Origin: an uncultured delta proteobacterium
GTDB taxonomy: Bacteria; Myxococcota_A; Polyangia; Haliangiales; Haliangiaceae
Reading direction: 5' to 3'
Assembly (NCBI GenBank): GCA_963848295.1
Contig: CAWKDB010000002.1
Coordinates: forward strand, 1,120,001 to 1,184,000
Length of the DNA: 64,000 nucleotides
A model generated the notes under the pieces. The model searched no databases and was not told where the DNA came from. It saw nothing but the letters and a program-made list of their open reading frames with translations. Positions 10,057 to 18,759 of the stretch are shown piece after piece (within the stretch, counting starts at the first letter, position 1; each line of letters begins with the position of its first letter). Both the position numbers and the translations under genes were made by a program.

Positions 10057-10211
10057 GCGATCGCTGTCCTGGATCGGGACAGCGACGGTGTGTTCGAGAT
10101 CCGGACCTCGGGTTTCGGAAAAGCGCGCTTGAAAAACGCTGCGCGAATCTTGTAGAAAGATGCAATGAGGTCGTGTGGCGGGTTGGTAGCGCTGGTGACT
10201 GCTGCGTGCCC

Positions 10212-12523
10212 CAGACTTCGGGACGCTGATCTCATTGGAGTTGGGTTTCGAAGCGTAGGGGAAGGCGCTTGTGATCACTCGGCAGGATCAGGCCGCGCTG
10301 GGTAAGATGACCGAGCAGATGATGAATCGCGTCGAGCTCGGATCGATTGGCTGCGGGCGCGAGGCGGACGATGATGGCGTGTTCGGTGATTGCCACCTTT
10401 GCCGGCGCGGCGAACAGGTTCGCGACGAGCTTCTTCGCCTCTCGGGGCCGGCTCATGTGCGGTGCGGCGATCGCGGCCAGCTCGGACTCGGCGTTGGCGC
10501 AGACGACGCGGATGACGTCGATGACAGTCTTGAGCTTGCCCGTGTGGCGGACGAGCTTGCCGGCGAGCTCGGTCTCTTCGACGGCGGCGTGCTTCGGAAA
10601 CAGCGGGCGGAGCGCCTCGAGCTGCCGCTGCCATTCGAGCGACTCTGCGAGCTCGCGTTCGACACGCTCGCGTCGCTTGTCGTCCGCGGCCAGCCGCGCC
10701 AGCTCGCGGCGTGCGTCGCCCTCGGCGGTGCGCCAGACCCGCAGCGCGCGCTCGAGCTTTCGACGTGCCGGGTTCGGGATGATCGTCCCGGGTGGATACG
10801 GTTCGACGCGCCGGCCGTCGAGCTGGTTGATGCCCCAGCGCTCGACCCCGTGCTTGAAGCCGTTCTCCTGGCGCCAGCGGAGCCACAGGATCTCGACGAG
10901 CCGCTCCGCGGGCAGCTTCGAGGCGGCGAGCAAGCTCACCTGTCGACCATCTTCGGTGCAGACCATGATGCGACGAAGGCGCCCGCGACCCTCGCCGAGA
11001 TTTCGCAATCGGCTCTCGTGCAGCCCGACCTGTTCGCCCGCGATCGTCGCCGCTGTAAACGCCGTCGCCGGCAGCTCGGCGTAGGGCTTTCGCTCGTACG
11101 TGACGAAGTCGAAGTGGGCCTCGCGCAGCGCCGCGAGTTGCGCGGCAAACGCACCACCGCGATCGAAGGCGAGCAGGATCGTCTCGTCGGGGCCGAGCGC
11201 TTTGCGCAGGCGCTGGCCCAGGGGCAGCAGCCACTCGGTCAGGTGATCGTGCGACGGCACCGGCACGCGAAACATCGGCCGGCCGTCCTCGTCGTGGACG
11301 TAGTAGTCGGTCGTCCCGGGCAGCACGCGCTTGGCCTGCATCCGCCAGCCCTTTCGCACGACATGCTTGCCCGTATACGGCCGTAGATGGTTGTCGACGT
11401 AGAAGATCGCCGGGGCGCCGTCGCTCGCTGCGGTTGCGATCAGCCGCTCGGCCATCCGTGCCTCCAGCGCGGCGCCGGCGTCGGTCTGTGCGAGCAATCG
11501 ACCGAGGATCTTGCGGACCCCGCTGGCCGTGGGCACGCGCTCGGCGCGCAGCAGCGTCGCGCCGGTCGGTGTCGCGAGTCGGCGCACACCCTCGACGACG
11601 AATTGCTTGAGCGCGAGCGCACAGATCACCGCGTCGAGCGCGATCCGCAGCCCATCGGGATGCCGGCCCTCGAACGCGCGCTGCGCCTCTTCGTGCAGCC
11701 CCATCTCGCCGGCAAGCGCGAGCAAGATCCAGCAGCCGGCGTGCTGCACGAGCTTTCCGCCGCGGACCGGCTGCGCCGTCATCGGCACCTGATCCTTGTC
11801 GTCGAATTCGTCGGCCGTGACCGGATCGTCGCCGAGGTCGACATCGCGATCCGGTCCGGCGATCAGCAGTGCGAGCTGCCCGGCGATCGCGGTCGGCGCG
11901 GCCTGCCGTGCCGCCTCGACAGGGCTCCCGGCGGCGCGCTCACGACGCCAGTCGTCCCAAACGCGCCACACCGTCGAATACACGAGGCGCTGTTTGCGCG
12001 GCTGTTCGCGGTGCGCGTCGATCGGCATTCGCCCCGCGTCGAACATCGCGTACCAAACAGTTCGCAACTCCCGCGTTACCTTCGTAACTCCTCCGCGTCG
12101 CGGTCCCAGCACCGCAGCAAACCCCGCGGCTTCTTCCTTCCGCCGCAGGCGCCGCAAATGTTCGTCCGTGATCCCGAATGCTGTTGCCAGTCGCCCGAGG
12201 TGGAACTGATCGGTTTTCGCGAGCGTCACTGCCAGTACGTTGCGAGGGCCGCGGTCATCGTCGTCCAGATCGAACCCGCCGATCAGCGTCCCGCCGATGT
12301 ACACGCTCGCGATCGTGTCCCGGACGATCACCACCCCGTCCGACGAGAAACGCCGGATTTCGTGGGCGGGCTTTGGCGACGGCTCAGGCAAGGCGAGGTC
12401 GAGAGCTTCCATCGTTGCCAAGACAACCGCCAGCGATCCGAAATTCCCACAATCCATCGATCTAATCGAATTCTCGTAAACCCGCGTCATTCGATCAGTT
12501 CACGAAATGCGGCCCGAACTCTG
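10212..12523 (-). mobile_element. Complete insertion sequence (~2312 bp), DDE type
   Basis: TIRs CAGACTTCGGGACGC / CAGAGTTCGGGCCGC (13/15); TSD GTGCCC at 10206-10211 and 12524-12529. Confidence 0.88.
10232..12490 (-). CDS. Large putative DDE transposase (alternative start 12412)
   Basis: N-terminal HTH; FYVDNH, AFDRGG and YREK-like LWLRWRQENGFK motifs. Confidence 0.85.
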   Translation of the reverse strand: MTRVYENSIRSMDCGNFGSLAVVLATMEALDLALPEPSPKPAHEIRRFSSDGVVIVRDTIASVYIGGTLIGGFDLDDDDRGPRNVLAVTLAKTDQFHLGRLATAFGITDEHLRRLRRKEEAAGFAAVLGPRRGGVTKVTRELRTVWYAMFDAGRMPIDAHREQPRKQRLVYSTVWRVWDDWRRERAAGSPVEAARQAAPTAIAGQLALLIAGPDRDVDLGDDPVTADEFDDKDQVPMTAQPVRGGKLVQHAGCWILLALAGEMGLHEEAQRAFEGRHPDGLRIALDAVICALALKQFVVEGVRRLATPTGATLLRAERVPTASGVRKILGRLLAQTDAGAALEARMAERLIATAASDGAPAIFYVDNHLRPYTGKHVVRKGWRMQAKRVLPGTTDYYVHDEDGRPMFRVPVPSHDHLTEWLLPLGQRLRKALGPDETILLAFDRGGAFAAQLAALREAHFDFVTYERKPYAELPATAFTAATIAGEQVGLHESRLRNLGEGRGRLRRIMVCTEDGRQVSLLAASKLPAERLVEILWLRWRQENGFKHGVERWGINQLDGRRVEPYPPGTIIPNPARRKLERALRVWRTAEGDARRELARLAADDKRRERVERELAESLEWQRQLEALRPLFPKHAAVEETELAGKLVRHTGKLKTVIDVIRVVCANAESELAAIAAPHMSRPREAKKLVANLFAAPAKVAITEHAIIVRLAPAANRSELDAIHHLLGHLTQRGLILPSDHKRLPLRFETQLQ

Positions 12524-12692
12524 GTGCCCGAGCGCTGACTTTGTTCTGAGCATCGATGCCAGGACGTAATTCAGTTGGCTGTTCCCACCGTGTCTTAGAA
12601 TCGACTCGCGAGTGCGATGCCTGCCGCGATCACGGCACGCGATCGGGTTCGGTGGCGTCGGATCTGCGCATAGCGCTTCTCGCCGCGACGCT

Positions 12693-13094
12693 CTACGTTG
12701 TCATCACGACGTCGATGTCCACGTTCGCGCCGAGTGCTACAAGCGTGATTAATAGCTCTACGGGGAAATGCAGAGCCGGGATCGTGGACGACGTGAACCA
12801 CACTTCGAGACAGACGTTGCAGCCTGATCGAGTCAGGTCCAAAAATCGGTTTTCCCGTCCTTTGACTCTAGCAAGCAGGCCGGCAATGAACGCGGGCAGC
12901 TCCAGACCCGCGTCGGCGTCATTCGGTTCCTGGCTGCAGAGCTTCCAGCAGTGTCGCTTTCGTTTTCGGTGCTCTCCGGGTGGCGGAAACCGCTCTCCCT
13001 TCCGCCAGCTCGTATCGGCGGTCATATCTAGTTGAAGCTGGATATGGTCGGGATCGAGATCGTCGCTAAACACTGCCAGGTTGACCGTCAACAC
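12693..13094 (-). CDS. DUF4279-like small protein
   Basis: DLDPDHI...SWRKGE...WKL...LGANVDID pattern; lower GC than flanks. Confidence 0.55.
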   Translation of the reverse strand: MLTVNLAVFSDDLDPDHIQLQLDMTADTSWRKGERFPPPGEHRKRKRHCWKLCSQEPNDADAGLELPAFIAGLLARVKGRENRFLDLTRSGCNVCLEVWFTSSTIPALHFPVELLITLVALGANVDIDVVMTT

Positions 13095-13164
13095 GGACGC
13101 ACTCTACGCGAACGCGTGCCAGCGGAGCGTAGCCTACCGTCGCATGTGACTGCGAGCCGGCGTC

Positions 13165-13941
13165 CTACCACGTCGTGAACGGCTGGCCGATACCTACGTC
13201 CTCATACCAGACGTGCTCGCGGAGCTGGCGGGCGAGCATCGTTCGGATCGCGGTCCCCGTCGATGTCAGCGGCACTCCGTTCTCGAAGCCATCGCCGAGC
13301 TGCGGATCCTCGAGAGTGGCCTTCGCCGCGATGGCGTAGGTCGCCGCCGCGATGATCTGAGCCACGAGTGACGCACCGCTGCGCCCCGCCGCCGTCCGGA
13401 ACCACGCGCGCTGCTCGGTGCTGATCTCGCCGCGCTCGATCGAGGCGACCTTGGCACGAGCCTCGTCGATGATCATCGGCGCCGAGTTGATTTCGACCAG
13501 CGTCGCGATCCCACGGCGCAGGCGGGCGAGCGCGGCCTCGTCGGCCCGCGGACACGGCCCGAGCTCCTCGACGGTGAACTCGAAGTCCGCGCGTAAGGGA
13601 CCCGCGGTGATGAACTCGCGCGCCAGCGGAAACAGGTTCCGGTTCGCGATCTCCAGGCGCGCCGGCACCATGCCGTAGTGGGTCTCGAGCACGAAGCGTG
13701 GGTCGAACTCTAGCTTCACGTTGAGCAGCATCAGGTACAGCTGCCATTGCTCGATCGAGGTCGTGCGCCCCCCGCGGACCGTCAGCTCGAATGACACGCG
13801 GTACGCTACTCCTGGATGACCTGCGGCGGCAACTGACGTGGATGCGACGTGCGCAATGCGCTTGTCGATGCCACGCGCTTCAACTCCCCGTGGTGAGAGA
13901 TCCGCCGGTTCGAGTACGACCTCAACATCGAGATTTGGCAC
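13165..13941 (-). CDS. Hypothetical protein
   Basis: 258-aa ORF with host-like codon use; no recognised motif. Confidence 0.55.
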   Translation of the reverse strand: MPNLDVEVVLEPADLSPRGVEARGIDKRIAHVASTSVAAAGHPGVAYRVSFELTVRGGRTTSIEQWQLYLMLLNVKLEFDPRFVLETHYGMVPARLEIANRNLFPLAREFITAGPLRADFEFTVEELGPCPRADEAALARLRRGIATLVEINSAPMIIDEARAKVASIERGEISTEQRAWFRTAAGRSGASLVAQIIAAATYAIAAKATLEDPQLGDGFENGVPLTSTGTAIRTMLARQLREHVWYEDVGIGQPFTTW

Positions 13942-13973
13942 CGAACCTTATCGGGTCACTACGCCGGCGCATA

Positions 13974-14084
13974 GAGTTGGAGAAGGTGTTCCGCAGCCTC
14001 CCGAAGCCAAGTGCGCTTCGCGATGCGAACGAGGCGAAGACACGCATCGTCTACATCGACCGTATCTTGAACGCGTGCGGCTGC
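13974..14084 (+). pseudogene. Fragment resembling a type I restriction HsdR N-terminal domain
   Basis: ELEKVF...ANEAKTRIVYIDRILNACG fits the NEAxTRxxxIDxIL motif, then degenerates. Confidence 0.35.
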
Positions 14085-14264
14085 GCGCTACGGCGAGCGG
14101 CGGATCGGAAAGTCAGTCCGCAGTTGCGGAGCCAGGGTGCCAAGGAAGACGCAAAAAGGCTAGGATCGAGCACCTCGCAATGTCGATACGTAGCCTCGCG
14201 TTCGCGACCGTGCTGGTGGCAACGTCGCAAGCCATCGCATCACCCTGTACCGTCGCCGGACCCG

Positions 14265-15471
14265 CCGGACCCGACCGGAGGTCCTTTCGTCCAGCCGGCA
14301 ACAATCGACGACGAATCCCGCGAGTCGCGTACCTGGCCCTCGCGGGTGGTCGCGCCCTGCCCCACTGCGCGACCGACGCAGCGATGGTTCACCATGCAGC
14401 GGCGACGCACGACGGTCGGTCGAGCGTTAATAGCGATGGCGGTGGAGTCGCTCAGAGCGGGACGAGCGGGACGGGTTCCGTAGCAACGCCGGCGAACCGC
14501 GCGAGCCAATAGGTGCCGGATGGAAACAGCGAGGCAACTCGCGTCCTCCAAACCGCGAGCGCGAAGCGGTACGCGGCAAGAAACGAGTGGTACTTGCCGA
14601 GCGCCTCTGTGCGTGACTCGGTCCGGCCCGCGAAGCGCGGACGTAGGTTGCGCCGAGGCACGACAGAAGAGGGCGCCTCGTCCCAGCGTTGCTCCAGGAT
14701 TCGGCGGCGCCCGCAGACCGACGCACCGGTGTTACGCCGCTCCTCCGCAGCCTCGCGCTCGACACGCTCGACGCCCGCGCATACTTCGGCGATGAACGCG
14801 TCGGCCGGGCCGAGCTCGGCAGGAATCGTCATGCGGAGCTCGATCTCGTCGGGCAGCGCACCCGGACCACGAAAAAAGTGACGGGGTCGCGTTGCCCGCA
14901 GGCCCCGCCCCGACACGAGATTTGTGTACGTGTTCACGCCCGGCCAGTGGTGGACGCGCGCGACGAGACCATCTTTGACCGGATTGGTGATGGCATAGAC
15001 GACTTTGGCGATCACGGTCTCCCGATCGAGCAGCCGGGTCACGCACGGCTCCTCCGCGGCCCAGAAGTTCTCCCACCGCCCGCGCAGCGCGTTCTGGCTA
15101 CGAGCGACCAGGCTATGAAAGTACGTGAGGAACTCGGGATAGCGACCGTCGCGGTCGTAGATCGTCGTATGGTGGTGATTCGACTCCGCGACCGTATGGA
15201 CCACCTCCATCCCGCAGCGCTGCGCAGCGACCGCGAGGCAGTAGGCGTATGCGTTGTTCGTCGCGGCATCGGGCCGCAGCAAGAACCACCGGTTCGCACA
15301 ACGCCGAGTGATCAAGTGGAACTGGTTGCGAAGGACTTGGCGAGGTCGCGTCACGCGCATGACGTTCGCAAGAACCGCTCCGTCCCAACCCCGTGATCCT
15401 TGGAGTGCGTTTGTCCGAGCTGTCCGAGTTTGGCCGGATCCGGCCGGACAATGACCTCCGGTTCGGTCTGG
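14265..15471 (-). mobile_element. HUH/Y1 transposase element with REP-like inverted ends
   Basis: Ends CCGGACCCGACCGGAGGTCCTTTCGTCCAGCCGG (14265) and rev-comp CCAGACCGAACCGGAGGTCATTGTCCGGCCG (15441-15471). Confidence 0.65.
14452..15360 (-). CDS. REP-associated tyrosine transposase-like (Y1/HUH) protein
   Basis: HLITRRC, SNHHH (HUH), ENFW, YAITNPVKDGLV (catalytic Tyr), C-terminal FPSGTYWL. Confidence 0.85.
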   Translation of the reverse strand: MRVTRPRQVLRNQFHLITRRCANRWFLLRPDAATNNAYAYCLAVAAQRCGMEVVHTVAESNHHHTTIYDRDGRYPEFLTYFHSLVARSQNALRGRWENFWAAEEPCVTRLLDRETVIAKVVYAITNPVKDGLVARVHHWPGVNTYTNLVSGRGLRATRPRHFFRGPGALPDEIELRMTIPAELGPADAFIAEVCAGVERVEREAAEERRNTGASVCGRRRILEQRWDEAPSSVVPRRNLRPRFAGRTESRTEALGKYHSFLAAYRFALAVWRTRVASLFPSGTYWLARFAGVATEPVPLVPL

Positions 15472-15475
15472 CGCC

Positions 15476-15718
15476 GATCTTCCATCGGCGTACTTCGTGG
15501 TCGACGAAACTGAAGGGGCGTACGACGCCATGGTTCTGTACGCGGCGCTAATGGAGGATTGGGCACGTTCAGTTCTGGGATCCGGGAAGAGCATTTCTGA
15601 GGTCTATCCGGTTGCTGCCGAACCAACGCGCGCAAACGCCATCGCTCTTTTGTCGCGGGTAGCGTTCATCCGAGAAGCTGTACTTCCAAACGTCCGTGCG
15701 ACGATGAACGCATCTTAG
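15476..15718 (+). pseudogene. 5'-truncated hypothetical gene (possibly DUF4826-like C-terminus)
   Basis: DLPSAYFVVDE...YAALMEDW...PVAAEPTRANA; open frame begins at the element end. Confidence 0.35.
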
Positions 15719-15756
15719 GGCCCGCGCGCCGGGCCGAATCGCGTCGGCCGGACCGC

Positions 15757-16569
15757 CCGGACCCGACCGGAGGTTCTTTCGTCCAGCCGGCAACAATCGG
15801 CGACGAATCCCGCGAGTCGCGTACCTGGCCCTCGCGGGTGGTCGCGCCCTGCCCCACTGCGCGACCGACGCAGCGATGGTTCACCATGCAGCGGCGACGC
15901 ACGACGGTCGGTCGAGCGTTAATAGCGATGGCGGTGGAGTCGCTCAGAGCGGGACGAGCGGGACGGGTTCCGTGGGTTCCGTAGCAACGCCGGCGAACCG
16001 CGCGAGCCAATAGGTGCCGGATGGAAACAGCGAGGCAACTCGCGTCCTCCAAACCGCGAGCGCGAAGCGGTACGCGGCAAGAAACGAGTGGTACTTGCCG
16101 AGCGCCTCTGTGCGTGACTCGGTCCGGCCCGCGAAGCGCGGACGTAGGTTGCGCCGAGGCACGACAGAAGAGGGCGCCTCGTCCCAGCGTTGCTCCAGGA
16201 TTCGGCGGCGCCCGCAGACCGACGCACCGGTGTTACGCCGCTCCTCCGCAGCCTCGCGCTCGACACGCTCGACGCCCGCGCATACTTCGGCGATGAACGC
16301 GTCGGCCGGGCCGAGCTCGGCAGGAATCGTCATGCGGAGCTCGATCTCGTCGGGCAGCGCACCCGGACCACGAAAAAAGTGACGGGGTCGCGTTGCCCGC
16401 AGGCCCCGCCCCGACACGAGATTTGTGTACGTGTTCACGCCCGGCCAGTGGTGGACGCGCGCGACGAGACCATCTTTGACCGGATTGGTGATGGCATAGA
16501 CGACTTTGGCGATCACGGTCTCCCGATCGAGCAGCCGGGTCACGCACGGCTCCTCCGCGGCCCAGAAGT
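15757..16569 (-). pseudogene. Near-identical 5'-truncated second copy of the Y1 transposase and its 3' flank
   Basis: Direct repeat of 14265-15068 with 2 visible SNPs and a 9-bp duplication (GGGTTCCGT); lacks the HUH motif. Confidence 0.9.
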
Positions 16570-17049
16570 CATCTACCTCGACATGTCCCTGCTCGACGAC
16601 AACTACGCCGCAGCAGCGTGACCACCCAGCAACTCGTGATGATCTCCTTCACGCATCGCGGCCCGCAAAGTAGAATACGTGGCGAGATACCGCAATGTGG
16701 CGAGCGATCAAGAAAATGTTGGGCCTGCCGACCGAACCGGAGAAGGCCGCGAGACAAGCGTTCAGCAAACGCCATCCCGACCGCATCATGTGGACCACTC
16801 TCGCGGCCAATGAAACCACTCGGTTCGTCGTCGGCGTTTTCTACGCCTGGGGAGGGATACCTCCCAGATACCGCTTCTACGCCGTGGAGAAAGCGACGAT
16901 GGCGGCCGAGGAACTACAAGACGACGCGGCGTACCGACCCAAGATCTGGCGGTGACATCGACTTCGACAACTACGCCACCGCCGCGTGACCAACCAGCAA
17001 CTCGCGATGATCACCGTTCACGCATTCACACAAGATTTCGGACTTGACC
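16570..17049 (+). mobile_element. Two probable IS256-family 3'-end remnants
   Basis: YLDMSLLDDNYAAAA* tail; ~60-bp repeat 16597-16656 / 16965-17025; IS256-like end TTCACACAAGATTTCGGACTTGACC at 17025-17049. Confidence 0.55.
16695..16955 (+). CDS. Small hypothetical protein (86 aa)
   Basis: ATG start, upstream TAGAAT, non-repetitive sequence. Confidence 0.55.
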   Translation: MWRAIKKMLGLPTEPEKAARQAFSKRHPDRIMWTTLAANETTRFVVGVFYAWGGIPPRYRFYAVEKATMAAEELQDDAAYRPKIWR

Positions 17050-17349
17050 CGGCTGCGCCCGCAGTACATCAAGCTCGATCGCGAGCTGATCATCGGGATC
17101 GATCGCGACCCGGAGCGCGCAGCGTTGGTCGGTGCGCTCGCTGATTACGGCACGCGAACCGGTGGGTGTGTGGTCGCCGAGTCGATCGAAACCGAAGCCG
17201 AGCTTCGCGCGGTGACCGCCGCCGGTGTCCACTGCGGCCAGGGCTTCCTACTCGGTCGCCCGGGCGATCTCACGGATGCGCCGTCGCCGATCGCAAGGCT
17301 CGGCACCCATGCGCCATGCCGGCGCGCCTCGACCTCGACGACGACGTGA
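17050..17349 (+). pseudogene. C-terminal fragment of an EAL phosphodiesterase domain
   Basis: RLRPQYIKLDREL...VVAESIET...GQGFLLGRP, starting right at the IS end. Confidence 0.8.
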
Positions 17350-18293
17350 CGCCGACGTTGTCGCGCCTGGTCGACGACCTCCACGGCTTCGATGATTTCG
17401 CACAGGCGCTCCATCACGTGACCGAGTGCGCCCGTGAATTGATCGACGTCGAGCGGGTGAACCTGCGGCTCCTCGACGAGACCCGTACTCGATTGCTGAT
17501 CGCGGCTCGTTCAGGGCCGCCCATGCACGAAGATCAACGAACCGAATTCCGCATCGGCGAAGGGCTGGTCGGCTGGGTCGCGGCGAATGGGATTCCGCTC
17601 CGCCTCGCATGTGCCGACGAGGATCCGCGATTCGCGCTGAGGTCTAACCTCGCGGCGCCGATCGGGTCATTCGTCGGCGTGCCGGTGCTCGATGCCGACG
17701 GGTGTATCGGAGTGCTCTCGGCCGCCTCGACGCTGAACGCACGATTTTCGCCGTCCGATGAGGCTCGGCTCCGGCTCGTCGCTGGAATCGTTTCGCCCCA
17801 CTTGCAGATCGTGCGATTGCGCCGGCTCGCCAAGACCGACCCGTTGACGTGCGTGCTCAATCGGCACGCACTCGACGACGTGCTACCCGAGATCCCGCAG
17901 GGCGATGCGAAGTTCTCGGTCGCGATGATCGATCTCGACCACTTCAAGGCGATCAACGACCGGCTCGGCCACGCAGCTGGGGATGAGACGCTGCGCGCGG
18001 CAGCTGCCGCGATCATCTCGGTGCTCCGCCGTGACGACGATGTCGTACGGATCGGCGGCGAGGAGTTTCTGGTCGTGTTGCCCGGAGTCGACGTCGAGAC
18101 CGCCCGGGCGATTGCAGATCGCGCGCGCATCCGAATCGCTGAAGCGGACGTGCTTCCGGCGGAGCGGATCACGGCATCCGCCGGCGTGACCGAGCGCCGC
18201 CCAGATGAAACACGCGAGCGCCTGCTCCATCGCGTCGACGCGGCTCTCTATCGGGCCAAGGCACTCGGGCGCAACCGCGTCGTCGTTGAGTGA
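17316..18293 (+). CDS. GAF-GGDEF diguanylate cyclase
   Basis: GEGLVGWVA GAF; TDPLT, DLDHFKAIND, RxxD I-site, GGEEF, LYRAKALGRN. Confidence 0.92.
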   Translation: MPARLDLDDDVTPTLSRLVDDLHGFDDFAQALHHVTECARELIDVERVNLRLLDETRTRLLIAARSGPPMHEDQRTEFRIGEGLVGWVAANGIPLRLACADEDPRFALRSNLAAPIGSFVGVPVLDADGCIGVLSAASTLNARFSPSDEARLRLVAGIVSPHLQIVRLRRLAKTDPLTCVLNRHALDDVLPEIPQGDAKFSVAMIDLDHFKAINDRLGHAAGDETLRAAAAAIISVLRRDDDVVRIGGEEFLVVLPGVDVETARAIADRARIRIAEADVLPAERITASAGVTERRPDETRERLLHRVDAALYRAKALGRNRVVVE

Positions 18294-18503
18294 AGTCTCG
18301 CGACGCCTGTCGCCATCGTCAGCAGTTGCCATTGTTCATCCCCGACCGGAGATTCCTCAGACGCGACCGGGTTCAGAACCGACCGGAGGTTCTGGCGTAC
18401 CGGCGCTCGTGACCGACCGGCCAAGTTGCCCGCGCCCCGCGATCGCCCGCATCTCGTCTGCCCCCCATCGCTCTCGAGGGGGGTTGTCGCGAGGTGCGCG
18501 CGA

Positions 18504-18676
18504 TCGCGGCTGCGCGCGCGACCGGAGCGGGACCTTGGGGTCCAAGCGCGTAACTTCCAAGCCGATCATCGTGCGTCGGCGTAGCAAAACGCGATGCACC
18601 GCCCGTGGTCCCGCACCGCCCACCGCGCGCCGCGCGCGGGAACCCAAGGTCACCGCTCCAGCGCGCGTAGCCGCGA
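18504..18676 (-). repeat. Rod-like palindromic element, copy B (inverted relative to copy A)
   Basis: Arms TCGCGGCTGCGCGCGC..GGAGCGGGACCTTGGG / CCCAAGGTCACCGCTCC..GCGCGCGTAGCCGCGA; shared 109-nt core. Confidence 0.75.
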
Positions 18677-18749
18677 GGGCGCAACGCTGCGAGAGCGCGC
18701 GCAGCCGCGAGGGCGCAACGCTGCGAGAGCGCGCGCAGCCGCGAGGGCG
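18660..18749. repeat. 34-bp tandem repeat (~2.6 copies)
   Basis: AGCGCGCG(T/C)AGCCGCGAGGGCGCAACGCTGCGAG at 18660, 18694 and partial at 18728. Confidence 0.9.
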
Positions 18750-18759
18750 TGACGCCGCG

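Noticed and set aside
9961..10155. Small ORF similar to part of 18357-18788 (HRVLLRRR..LEVTRLDP)
   Set aside because: The similarity is confined to the hairpin core and is explained by the DNA repeat; no RBS seen.
9882..18676. Integron with attC sites
   Set aside because: Only one GTT/AAC box per hairpin, the copies are inverted rather than tandem, they do not separate cassettes, and there is no integrase.
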